Positions 1 to 8,667 of a stretch of DNA of 60,658 nucleotides are shown here, in pieces (the first letter of the stretch is position 1; each line of letters starts with the position of its first letter). The translations under genes were made by a program, and so were the position numbers. The stretch covers positions 1 to 60,658 of the forward strand of contig CAMAXU010000005.1 in assembly GCA_945862455.1 (NCBI GenBank). The letters are read 5' to 3'. The notes below the pieces were generated by a model, which had not been told where the DNA came from, did not search any database, and was given only the letters and a program-made list of their open reading frames with translations. The stretch is from Rickettsia typhi (lineage in GTDB: Bacteria > Pseudomonadota > Alphaproteobacteria > Rickettsiales > UBA1997).

Positions 1-21
1 TTCACTGAACTTTGTACTCAT
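1..21 (-). CDS. 5' end of a gene running off the window edge (MSTKFSE...)
   Basis: ATG at 21-19 on the minus strand with GGAG about 8 nt upstream; only 7 codons visible. Confidence 0.35.
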
Positions 22-156
22 ATTTTTTACTCCAAAAAAGATCATTGTTAAATGATCGATATTTTAACAAAAAAGCTGACGCTTAATCGTAAATATTGAT
101 CGTTTAAAATTCTCTCCTGAAGTTGGGGGATTTTTGGGGGCTAGGACAGGGGCTAG

Positions 157-211
157 GACATTCAACATAATCAAGCTCGCTAGAAGCGCCAGCGTCTTTA
201 TGCAGAATGTC
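157..211. repeat. 55-bp mini palindromic element
   Basis: Ends GACATTCAACATAA and TTATGCAGAATGTC are 12/14 complementary; preceded by a direct repeat GGGGCTAGGACA x2 (137-160). Confidence 0.45.
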
Positions 212-288
212 GTCGATATTTTTTAAATAATTGTTCAAACATGATTTGGTGATTTAAATTATGATGGTTTGAATTTGAGAAAATTTTC

Positions 289-840
289 TCAAATCTTCAA
301 CATCTGAAAAGCTATAATCATCAACACTGTAGCACCAAATAAAGTGATGATAGATCCGAATTTTTGGGAAAGTTTTTTAGCTAAATTTAGCCCCATAATT
401 GTTGCAATAAAAGCCCAGATTCCGATTGAAATTATATATGGAAAAATTGGTTCTCCAGCAACGCCAAGTCCGATTCCCACGCCAAATGCATCAAGGCTTG
501 TGGCAAAAGAAATGATTAAAATTTTGGTGAAGCCGTGAAATTTGAGTTGCTCTTCTTTTATTTCCTTACTTCTAAAATCTCTTAAACCTTCAAAAGCCAT
601 GTTTAGCGCCACTCCCATTAATAAAGCAAAAGCAATCCAATGGTCGTATGATTTAAAACTGCTGACAATATTTTCTCCAGCAAAAGCGCCAAACCAAGCA
701 ACAAGAGCTTCGGCAGCTCCGGATGCGAGAGCAAATTTTATTGCATCTTTGGTGGTAAATGGGCGCATACCCATCGCGACTGCGGCAGAAAATGAATCGG
801 CACTTAGAACAAGACCAATGAGAAGAACTTCGAGAAGCAT
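289..840 (-). CDS. mntP: Manganese efflux pump MntP family
   Basis: Two LSADSF/TSLDAF repeats, DHWIAF motif, six hydrophobic segments, 183 aa. Confidence 0.85.
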   Translation of the reverse strand: MLLEVLLIGLVLSADSFSAAVAMGMRPFTTKDAIKFALASGAAEALVAWFGAFAGENIVSSFKSYDHWIAFALLMGVALNMAFEGLRDFRSKEIKEEQLKFHGFTKILIISFATSLDAFGVGIGLGVAGEPIFPYIISIGIWAFIATIMGLNLAKKLSQKFGSIITLFGATVLMIIAFQMLKI

Positions 841-911
841 TTGAGGAAATTACTAGATTGAGAAAAAATAAATGATTTGGGGGATGATAAATAAAAACCA
901 GAAGAAAAAAT

Positions 912-1385
912 TTATAAAAGTAGATCTTCTTCAATTGGGATAAATTTGGATGCTGCGTTGACAAGTGAATCGGCTGTAAGATCGGCAACGCCGTAAACTT
1001 CAACTATATTGTTAAAATCTTTTTTGATTTTATGAACTAGCAAATCGAAATCACCATCTCCGGAAAGTAAAATTACCACGTCAGATTTTTTAGCATATTC
1101 CATCACATCAAGCGTAATTCCAACATCCCAATCTCCTTTTGCTGAGCCATCAGCGCGTTGAATAAAAGGTTTTAATTTTATCTCAAAACCAATGGCACGT
1201 AAAATATTTTGAAATTGTTTTTGCTTTTCATCGCCACGACCAATTGCGTAAGCATAAGCTCCGACTACTTTGCGGTTGGCAGTGGCTTTTGCCCAAAATG
1301 CGTTGTAATTAAAATTGCGCCCGAAGCTTTGTTTTGTAGTATAATAGATGTTTTGCACATCGACGAAAATTGTTACGCTTTTCAT
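912..1385 (-). CDS. NYN/LabA-DUF88 (PIN-like) domain protein
   Basis: IFVDVQN, KGDWDVGITLD and LLSGDGDF acidic motifs. Confidence 0.9.
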   Translation of the reverse strand: MKSVTIFVDVQNIYYTTKQSFGRNFNYNAFWAKATANRKVVGAYAYAIGRGDEKQKQFQNILRAIGFEIKLKPFIQRADGSAKGDWDVGITLDVMEYAKKSDVVILLSGDGDFDLLVHKIKKDFNNIVEVYGVADLTADSLVNAASKFIPIEEDLLL

Positions 1386-2953
1386 TTTTCATTGCCTTCT
1401 AAATTAGCATTTTTTTCTGTCTGATAAAGGCTAACCGCTGAAGAAGGACGCACATCAAAACTTGCCATCATTGCATTTTCATGAGTACGACTATGAACTT
1501 CGCGCAATAGCCTGATTACTTCTTCACTAAAAACTGTAACGCATTTTTTTAAAATCTCCGGATTCATCGGATAAAGCTCTGATTTTTGATCCAGAAGCAT
1601 ATTGTCATAGAGGTGACTTTTTAACCTGCCGTTCACAACTTGAGGCGTTGAATAAGCAATGCAATTTTCAATTGCGAGTTTAAGAAGTTCCTGCAAATTA
1701 TTTCTTTTTTCTTCATCTTCGATTGAAACCAAATCTTCATTCAATATCTTATCTACTTTCTCAGTAGTAGGCGATTCCATTAGTTTATTAAATAATTTTA
1801 CAGATTGATTGCCGTCTATTGCCAACAACCCTTTTATTTCATTCTCATTTAAATCTTCAACTTTCATAATTAGGTTAACCGCTACTTCAGCATAGTGTCG
1901 AATTGCATTATAACCCTCTTCTGGATTTTCTCTGAATGGCGGTTTTTTATCAAGATCATTAAAAATCTTTATAATTTCTGGGGTAAAAAATACTGGCACT
2001 AATAAAAACAAGATCTTAAAAAGATTGTAATCATTCTGCTGCTGTGGCTCATGACCAGCAATCTCTTTATATTTTTTTCTTACTTCTTGGTTTAATTCTT
2101 CCTCATAACCTGATTTCCTTAGTTCAAAAAATTTATCGAAATCCTTGATGGCATTTTCTGAATCTCCTAATTTGCTATAAGTAAAACCTCTAAAACTATA
2201 AAAAAAATGAGCTGATGGAAAATTATCTGGCATAACCCCAATTCCACTGCTTAAATCAAGAATTACTTTTTCAAATTGGTTAGTTTTCTCATGAGAAGTT
2301 GCTCTTGTATAATATAATCCTGGTTCATTAGGAAAATTTTCTATCGCCTCATCAAGACATCTAATAGATTCTTCCCATCTTCCTTCTTTTTGTAATTCGA
2401 ATTCAATTTTTGTATATAAATTTATAATCCCTTTTTTTGAATTCTTAAAAACTATATCATCTTTCCGACCAAACTCCACAACTTTTCGCCAGTCAGAAAA
2501 AGCCTCTTCTCTTTTTCCCAAAGCATCAAAAGCCACAGCTCTTTCATAAAACGACCTGGCTTGTGCGATAGGCTCAGAATTTATTGCTATTTCTTGACTA
2601 AAATCACTTACTGCTTCTTCATAAAGACCCAATTGATTGCGCGCCAAGCCACGATCATAGTGTTGCCAAAGATTCTCGGGATCAAGATCAATCGCAACCG
2701 AAAATTGTTTAATCGCTTCTTGATATTGCTGCGAATTAGAAAGATCTCTACCTTCATCGCGAGCCAATGTAGAGGCTCCTCTTTTCATATCAGCAATTTG
2801 CTGATCAAGCTCGTTAAAACCCAGATCATCTTTTGATCCAACTGGATTAAATTGCGAAAATTCTAGTTTTAAAGGCTGAGACGGTGTTTTTTGCGATAGA
2901 GGATTTGATAGAGGATTTGATAGAGGATTTGATGGAGCTAACGCTTTGGACAT
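1382..2953 (-). CDS. Tetratricopeptide repeat protein with uncharacterised C-terminal half
   Basis: Multiple TPR motifs (YDRGLARNQLGLYEEAVSDF, FRGFTYSKLGDSENAIKDF); N-terminal NPLS x3 from a 12-bp tandem repeat; ATGA overlap with the NYN gene. Confidence 0.8.
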   Translation of the reverse strand: MSKALAPSNPLSNPLSNPLSQKTPSQPLKLEFSQFNPVGSKDDLGFNELDQQIADMKRGASTLARDEGRDLSNSQQYQEAIKQFSVAIDLDPENLWQHYDRGLARNQLGLYEEAVSDFSQEIAINSEPIAQARSFYERAVAFDALGKREEAFSDWRKVVEFGRKDDIVFKNSKKGIINLYTKIEFELQKEGRWEESIRCLDEAIENFPNEPGLYYTRATSHEKTNQFEKVILDLSSGIGVMPDNFPSAHFFYSFRGFTYSKLGDSENAIKDFDKFFELRKSGYEEELNQEVRKKYKEIAGHEPQQQNDYNLFKILFLLVPVFFTPEIIKIFNDLDKKPPFRENPEEGYNAIRHYAEVAVNLIMKVEDLNENEIKGLLAIDGNQSVKLFNKLMESPTTEKVDKILNEDLVSIEDEEKRNNLQELLKLAIENCIAYSTPQVVNGRLKSHLYDNMLLDQKSELYPMNPEILKKCVTVFSEEVIRLLREVHSRTHENAMMASFDVRPSSAVSLYQTEKNANLEGNEK

Positions 2954-2979
2954 AAAACTAATCTAAAAATTAATAAATC

Positions 2980-3084
2980 ATGAATATTTTAATCATAAAT
3001 TGCGGCAGCTCTTCGATTAAATTCAGTATTTTTGATATAAAAAATAATGAACAAGTTTTAAAATCTGAAATCAAGATTTTTTAA
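2980..3084 (+). pseudogene. ackA: Acetate kinase N-terminal remnant
   Basis: Translates MNILIINCGSSSIKFSIFD..., the acetate kinase N-terminal signature; stop after 34 codons. Confidence 0.75.
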
Positions 3085-3272
3085 AATTTGCAGGTTAAGT
3101 CAACCAATCCAAAGCATGTGTTGAGTGAAATTTTTACTTCCCGTTTTGATTCAATGTGCCGAGAATCATCATTTAAAACCAACTTTGATTGGCTTTGCAA
3201 AAGGATTGCGAACATAAATCTGTTAAGAATTTTTTGTTTTTTAAAAAAATTTTTTCCCCAATTTTTTACAAG

Positions 3273-3415
3273 GGCGCTGTCGCGTAAATCAAGTTTTTCT
3301 AAGAAGTTTTTGTGATTCAAAATTTTTTGGAAGGTAAGCGTACCTAGATGTACGTGCGTTCCAAAAAATTTGAATTGCGAAAAATTCGACGAAAAAGTTG
3401 ATTTGCGACAGTGCC
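3273..3415. mobile_element. Palindromic MITE, family 1, copy A
   Basis: TIRs GGCGCTGTCGC...GCGACAGTGCC; 5-bp direct repeat ACAAG on both sides; near-identical inverted copy at 58748-58889. Confidence 0.9.
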
Positions 3416-3451
3416 ACAAGCGTTTTTTAATAACCCAATGTTGAGAATCCT

Positions 3452-3940
3452 ATGATTAATAATCTTAAAAAGAAGCTTTCCAGCTCAATCAAAAATTCTG
3501 GAGAAACAATAAAAAACCAATCCCAAGCGCTAAATAAATCACTAAAAGACGGAAGCAAAACTTTAAGAAGTGAGACTGAAAATTTAAACAGAACCATCGA
3601 AAACGAATCAAAATTAATCAGCAAATCTTTTAGAAAACCACCTGAATATAATTATCTGATTTTCGCTTTTCCGGTAATCCTTATTTTACTCGCATTCATT
3701 CCAATGCCGGAAATAATGTTGCAGATTATCAGACTCGTGATTTTCACCTGTTTGGGTTATGTTTTATTTTATGAATATCGCCAAACTAAAAGAAATGATC
3801 GCGTTTTTTACACAGCTTTAGCTCTGACAATTTTATTTAACCCGATCGTACCTTTCTATATTCCAGGAATTTTGATCAATATCATCTCAGTTTCAGCTAT
3901 CTGCTATTTGGCTTACTTAACTCAAGGAAGCAAACTTTAA
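3452..3940 (+). CDS. Membrane protein: coiled-coil N-terminus plus DUF6804-like C-terminus
   Basis: PMP..LQIIRLV and LFNPIVP motifs in 3-4 hydrophobic segments. Confidence 0.6.
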   Translation: MINNLKKKLSSSIKNSGETIKNQSQALNKSLKDGSKTLRSETENLNRTIENESKLISKSFRKPPEYNYLIFAFPVILILLAFIPMPEIMLQIIRLVIFTCLGYVLFYEYRQTKRNDRVFYTALALTILFNPIVPFYIPGILINIISVSAICYLAYLTQGSKL

Positions 3941-4171
3941 ATAATTTTAAACGAGGTAAAAATTAATGCCGACGTTTCTTTGAATGAAGATGACGCTGGC
4001 GGATATTTTCTCGCGGTTACATTAAATGCGATTTTACCAAATATTGATCAAAAAGTTGCAAAAACAATGGTTGAGGACGCGCATCAATTATGTCCTTACT
4101 CCAAAGCAACTAGAAACAATATTGAAGTTAAGTTGAAGGCGAATAACGAAGACATCTTTTTAAATAATTAG
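3941..4171 (+). pseudogene. ohr: Organic hydroperoxide resistance protein, C-terminal half only
   Basis: GGYFLAVTL...AHQLCPYSKATRNNIEV motif; the N-terminal half with the peroxidatic Cys is absent. Confidence 0.8.
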
Positions 4172-4265
4172 CTAACAGTTTCTATGCCAAACAAACCAAT
4201 CAAGAGATAGCTTGTTTGGTATAATTCCAAAAAGACAACCTGCCATTTATAAAGAAGACAAAATT

Positions 4266-4300
4266 AAACCCCGCATTTCTTTCGAAGTACGGGGTTTTTT
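4266..4300. terminator. Intrinsic terminator between convergent genes
   Basis: AAACCCCG...CGGGGTTTTTT hairpin. Confidence 0.75.
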
Positions 4301-4324
4301 ATGCTTAAATTTCAGCTTGAGGGG

Positions 4325-4801
4325 TTAATTTCTATCAATTGAAATTGTTACAGTACGACGATTTTTTGCCCAAGCTTCTTCATTATGATTCGAATCAACT
4401 GGGTTTAATTTTCCATCGCTTTTTGTAGTAATTCGAGAACCTGAAATGCCACTTAAAGTTAGATATTTTTTAACTGCATCGGCTCTTCTTTGACCAAGTT
4501 TTAAATTATATTCTTGAGTTCCTCTTTCGTCGGTATTTCCAACGATGGTAACTTTGCGAGTTGGATTATTTTCCATCCAAGTCACAACTTGTTTATCTAA
4601 AAGCGCTGTTGCATCATCACTCAAGGCGTAACTGTCATATTTAAAAAATACAACTTTATCACCTTGTTGTATTGGGATAAATTCTTCAACAACCACTACA
4701 GTAGAGCTAGTCGTATTCAAAACTTCTTTTTCCTGATTCTTCGCGGAACAACAAGCAGATGCTGCCAGAGCTAGAATAAGAACTAATTTCTTTTGTAACA
4801 T
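4325..4801 (-). CDS. Pal/OmpA-family peptidoglycan-associated lipoprotein
   Basis: Lipobox-like ASAC; GNTDERGTQEYNLKLGQRRA and AWAKNRR motifs. Confidence 0.85.
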   Translation of the reverse strand: MLQKKLVLILALAASACCSAKNQEKEVLNTTSSTVVVVEEFIPIQQGDKVVFFKYDSYALSDDATALLDKQVVTWMENNPTRKVTIVGNTDERGTQEYNLKLGQRRADAVKKYLTLSGISGSRITTKSDGKLNPVDSNHNEEAWAKNRRTVTISIDRN

Positions 4802-5038
4802 TAGACACCTCTTTGATTGTTGATAAGTATTGTAAAATTTCTTACGTAGCAGATTGAACTGCCAGCTTTTTAATTACTATAATCAGCTAAGTAACTGTCC
4901 CCAAATAACACAACTTTTAAAAGAGAATAAAATAATGCAAGCATGTTGAAACAAATAGTTACTAAAGTAACTCTCTGTCGTCAGGACTGCTTCAGGAAAC
5001 ACAATTCAATCAAGTTCTTAATACTACAAGGGGACGTT

Positions 5039-5260
5039 ATGGAAGCAAATACGGTAAACGGCACAGTGAAGTGGTTTAATGATGAAAAGGGTTTTGGATT
5101 TATCGAGCAAGAAGGCGGTAAAGACATTTTCACCCATCATAGTGCAATCAATGCTAACGGCGGCGGACGTCGCACATTACGCGAAGGACAAAAAGTGTCT
5201 TTTGAAATCGTGCAAGGTAAAAAAGGTTTAGAAGCAGCGAATGTAAATGCTGAGGACTAG
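5039..5260 (+). CDS. Cold-shock protein (CspA family)
   Basis: [15 protein letters not shown] and DIFTHHSAI motifs; start revised to ATG 5039 after an SD-like AAGGGG. Confidence 0.93.
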   Translation: MEANTVNGTVKWFNDEKGFGFIEQEGGKDIFTHHSAINANGGGRRTLREGQKVSFEIVQGKKGLEAANVNAED

Positions 5261-5278
5261 AGAAATTTAATCTCCGCT

Positions 5279-5314
5279 AAAGCCTCATTGGAAATTACGA
5301 TGGGGCTTTTTTTT
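5279..5314. terminator. Intrinsic terminator (csp/lexA)
   Basis: AAAGCCTCAT...ATGGGGCTTTTTTTT hairpin. Confidence 0.7.
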
Positions 5315-5319
5315 GCAAT

Positions 5320-5934
5320 TCAAAACATCTTATTACTAATCACTCCTCTCACCACTCCTTCAACCCTAAAATCATCAGCCGCTAGAAAAGGCTCAAACTC
5401 ACTATTTAAAGAAACCAAAATCACTTTATCTTTTTTATTCTGCTGCTTGATTTTCTTAATCAAAACCTGCTCATCATTCACACATAAAACCATCGCACCA
5501 TTTTCAGATTTATTGGTTTTTTCAATAATCACAAAATCGCCATTGCTGATTTTTGGCAACATTGAATCCCCTTTTGCCTTAACCATAAAAGCCTTGTCGG
5601 AAGAAAAGCTTAAAAATTTTGTTGAAACCGCAACTCGATCAACCGGACTACCATCAAGAATTGAACCTTCCGGCCCGCAAGTTGCCAAACCGTATAAATT
5701 CAAATAAGCAATTTCCTTATCTGGTTTTTTTAAAACTTGGTAATCACGCGAATTATAAGGATTTTTTTTCAAGTAACCTTTTTTCTCCAATTGCGCCATA
5801 TGATGAACCACAACGCTGGTTGAAGAAGCGCCGACCATTTCTTGCATTTCTCTTATAGTTAAAGGCTCTTCCACATTTTTTGAAAGAATCTCAATTAATT
5901 TCTGCTGAACTTGATGCAGGTGTTTTTCAGACAT
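5320..5934 (-). CDS. lexA: LexA-like repressor (HTH plus S24 peptidase)
   Basis: PLTIREMQ...STSVVVHHMAQLEKKGYL HTH; GDSM catalytic Ser; IKK Lys; 204 aa. Confidence 0.8.
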   Translation of the reverse strand: MSEKHLHQVQQKLIEILSKNVEEPLTIREMQEMVGASSTSVVVHHMAQLEKKGYLKKNPYNSRDYQVLKKPDKEIAYLNLYGLATCGPEGSILDGSPVDRVAVSTKFLSFSSDKAFMVKAKGDSMLPKISNGDFVIIEKTNKSENGAMVLCVNDEQVLIKKIKQQNKKDKVILVSLNSEFEPFLAADDFRVEGVVRGVISNKMF

Positions 5935-5964
5935 TTTAAAAAATAGTTTGCATTGTTATTTCCT

Positions 5965-5985
5965 TGTTCTAGTTTTTTTAGAACA
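5965..5985. promoter_or_regulatory. Candidate operator palindrome upstream of lexA
   Basis: TGTTCTA-N7-TAGAACA, 30 nt upstream of the start codon. Confidence 0.45.
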
Positions 5986-6024
5986 CGACATATAAATCTA
6001 TTAAAAATGTTTAAAAGTCAAAGT

Positions 6025-6064
6025 CAAATCTCTTTTGGCAAATCTCTTTTGGCAAATCTCTTGG
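6025..6064. repeat. 14-bp tandem repeat, about 3 copies
   Basis: CAAATCTCTTTTGG x2 plus CAAATCTCTTGG. Confidence 0.85.
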
Positions 6065-6095
6065 TTATTTTTTATCCCCTTAATACAGGATAAAT

Positions 6096-6167
6096 GTCAC
6101 CCTGATCTTGTGTGATGGGTGATTCAAGTACGAGATCAAAATCACTCTTCGACAAACTCAGAGTGAC
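6096..6167. repeat. REP-like 72-bp hairpin
   Basis: GTCACCCTGA...TCAGAGTGAC; related copies at 31752 and 45793. Confidence 0.8.
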
Positions 6168-6232
6168 ATCGAGTTTTTTGACAAATTTCTTTTAAGCAGT
6201 TTTAATTTTTTATAATTTTAAAAAATAAATTT

Positions 6233-6547
6233 ATGAGCACTGAGAAAACTTTAGAAAAAGCAATGCTAAATAGAAAATCGATCTCATTTCAATATAACAA
6301 AATCGGTAAAGTTCAGACAATAAAAATAGAAAATGCTCGTGTAATTTTAATTACAACCACCCGCTTAGGAAAAAAAACCATCATGATTGATGAAAGCAAT
6401 ATGAACAGCAAATCAAGTCCTTCTTGGAAATATTTTGATATTGAAGAAATGCGAAATGTGCAAATTGTAAATAATGATTGCGCTTTCGTAGCAGCACAAG
6501 AATTAAGCTTGATTGATGGCTTTGCGATGGAAAGTTTTGCGGTTTAA
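6233..6547 (+). CDS. Stand-alone WYL-like domain protein
   Basis: LEKAMLNRKSISFQY...WKYFDIEEMRNVQI pattern resembles the WYL consensus. Confidence 0.55.
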   Translation: MSTEKTLEKAMLNRKSISFQYNKIGKVQTIKIENARVILITTTRLGKKTIMIDESNMNSKSSPSWKYFDIEEMRNVQIVNNDCAFVAAQELSLIDGFAMESFAV

Positions 6548-6697
6548 TTTAATCCTAAAAATAAGTTCAGGATAACACATCTCTTTAGGTTTCATCCTGA
6601 AATTGTCTTTAGGATACAGTCGAATATTGATTGTGATTGCTACTAAAAATCAGATTTAGATTTTGGTCGGTATATTGCTTCAATTTTTAGAAATCGA

Positions 6698-7297
6698 TTA
6701 CAACATCAACGGATAAATCACAATTTTCCCGATCAACAATACTGCATCAAGTGTCACCGCAACTGGTGTAATCGCAGCCTTTCCTACATCTTTAATTGCA
6801 CCTGAATCATTGTAATAAATCGGAATTGTGTAGGCAATGCTTGTCACCGCTGCATTCTGACCTATATATTTTGCCGCATAACGACGACCCGATAATTTAA
6901 TTTTAATCGACACTTCATCATTTTTATCTCCTGAAAATCCTAAACTTCTTAAAATTCTAATATCTCCCGGGGGCAGAATACTGTAAGGTCCAGAGATTAC
7001 AAAATTTCCATTAATATTATTATCACCATCAACTTTGAGATGTGATTTCTTTGTATCGAGAGTTAAAATTCCTTTTTGACGCAACATCAAAACTGTTTTA
7101 AAAAGCCCAGAATCATCAGTAAAAATATAGTGATATTTTTCACCAATTAACACTACATAACGACCATCTGAACCTACATAAAACTGTTCAACATTTTCAT
7201 CGTAGCTTTTATCACCCCAAATTGCTTTCGTGATGCAAGAAGTTGAAAAAAGGAGTGAAGCACAAAGCAGAAAATTTATTAGAATTTTGTTTTTCAT
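6698..7297 (-). CDS. Hypothetical lipoprotein
   Basis: Signal peptide with STSC lipobox; ATGA-coupled to pstS. Confidence 0.7.
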   Translation of the reverse strand: MKNKILINFLLCASLLFSTSCITKAIWGDKSYDENVEQFYVGSDGRYVVLIGEKYHYIFTDDSGLFKTVLMLRQKGILTLDTKKSHLKVDGDNNINGNFVISGPYSILPPGDIRILRSLGFSGDKNDEVSIKIKLSGRRYAAKYIGQNAAVTSIAYTIPIYYNDSGAIKDVGKAAITPVAVTLDAVLLIGKIVIYPLML

Positions 7298-8364
7298 AAT
7301 TGAGAGAGAATATTTTTTCTGATTTGGTCAAGTTCAAAATCACTCAAAGCAATCAAACCACTATTAAGCAAATAGCCTTTGCGACCAATAGTATCAACAC
7401 TGATAATCTCTTCGATAAAACCACGCATTTGTGGCATTAATTTTAAATGCTCTTTTTTGAAATAAACAAAAAGCGGGCGAGAAAGTTTGTATTTTTTAGA
7501 AGAAATTGAAGAAAAATTCGGTTCAACATTATCAACTTTTACCGCTTGAATCGCATCTTTATTAGCAATTAAAAAATCAAAACCAAAAATTCCAAATGCG
7601 TTTGGATCTTTTTTTAAATTTTGAATTATCAAATTATCATTTTCCCCTGATTCCAAAAACTTACCATCGCTTCTAAAAGTACGACATTGCTGACGGCGCA
7701 AGTGATCATCAGGAAAGGCATCGATAAATTCTTTTTTCATGAAGCAGTAATTTTCTATCACAATATCAACAAAAACATCGCGCGTTCCCGAAGTTAAAGG
7801 TGGGCCATAAATCATGATTTCTCGATCCGGCAAAGCTGGGTTAATTTGGCTCCATTTTTTGTAAGGATTTTCAATTAATTTTCCACTTTTGTGATCAACA
7901 ACTTTTTGTGCTAACGACAAAAATATTTGCTCCATTGTTAAAGAGATTTTTTTACCACCAATTGCGTTACCAATTATAATGCCATCATAGCCAATCTTGA
8001 TTTCACCAATTTCTTTCACATTTTTACTAGCACAATCTTCAATTTCATTTTGATTGATTGGACGGGAAGCATTTACAAAATCAGGAAATTCATATCCAAC
8101 ACCACCGCAAAAAATTCTAAAACCATTGCGCGTTCCTGTTGATTCAACAACTGGAGTTTTTATCGGCGATTTTTTCAAATCTTGATTTCGGGCAAATTCT
8201 TCCGAAACCGCAGCCATTAAAGGTGAAATCGTTGAAGAACCAACGGTGAGCAAATGATCTCTTTTTGATTTAAAGAAATTCCAGTCTGAAGCTATACTTA
8301 CTTGCAGCGAAGTTAAAAATGCAACAAAAGTTAATATAGCAAATGCGAGAAATTTTTTGGTCAT
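7294..8364 (-). CDS. pstS: Phosphate ABC transporter substrate-binding protein
   Basis: VGSSTI, VESTGT, GPPLTSGTRD and LSRPLFVY motifs. Confidence 0.85.
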   Translation of the reverse strand: MTKKFLAFAILTFVAFLTSLQVSIASDWNFFKSKRDHLLTVGSSTISPLMAAVSEEFARNQDLKKSPIKTPVVESTGTRNGFRIFCGGVGYEFPDFVNASRPINQNEIEDCASKNVKEIGEIKIGYDGIIIGNAIGGKKISLTMEQIFLSLAQKVVDHKSGKLIENPYKKWSQINPALPDREIMIYGPPLTSGTRDVFVDIVIENYCFMKKEFIDAFPDDHLRRQQCRTFRSDGKFLESGENDNLIIQNLKKDPNAFGIFGFDFLIANKDAIQAVKVDNVEPNFSSISSKKYKLSRPLFVYFKKEHLKLMPQMRGFIEEIISVDTIGRKGYLLNSGLIALSDFELDQIRKNILSQL

Positions 8365-8667
8365 ATATTGATTTATGAAAATTTTAATTATTGATTTAGG
8401 TTAATAACCAACCCTTTTCATTGCATCGTATTTTTGGTTTCTTCAAAATAATTTTATAGCTTTTCCCAATAACGAGCAAATATGAATTATGGCAGTACTT
8501 AAAATATTCGTGATTGGAGTTTTACTAAAAGCCATGCTAACCCCCTTTATATCTTTATCTTTAAAAGACATTATTGGGATAAGATGGTTGTATTTATTGT
8601 TATTGCAAAAAATAAAGCTACGGATTTTTATAAAAAATTTTCCTGCTCTTAAACTAAATAAACTGGC

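Noticed and set aside
841-911. yybP-ykoY Mn riboswitch upstream of mntP
   Set aside because: The spacer is only 71 nt and AT-rich, with no recognisable conserved riboswitch core
3081-3419. ORFs 3081-3419, 3088-3315 and 58598-58816 as genes
   Set aside because: They largely read through the MITE or decayed DNA; no recognisable domains
4943-5038. N-terminal extensions in the ORF track (csp, thyX, both pilins, GDPD, cutA, recF)
   Set aside because: Downstream ATGs match the family N-termini; the recF extension runs into a MITE end
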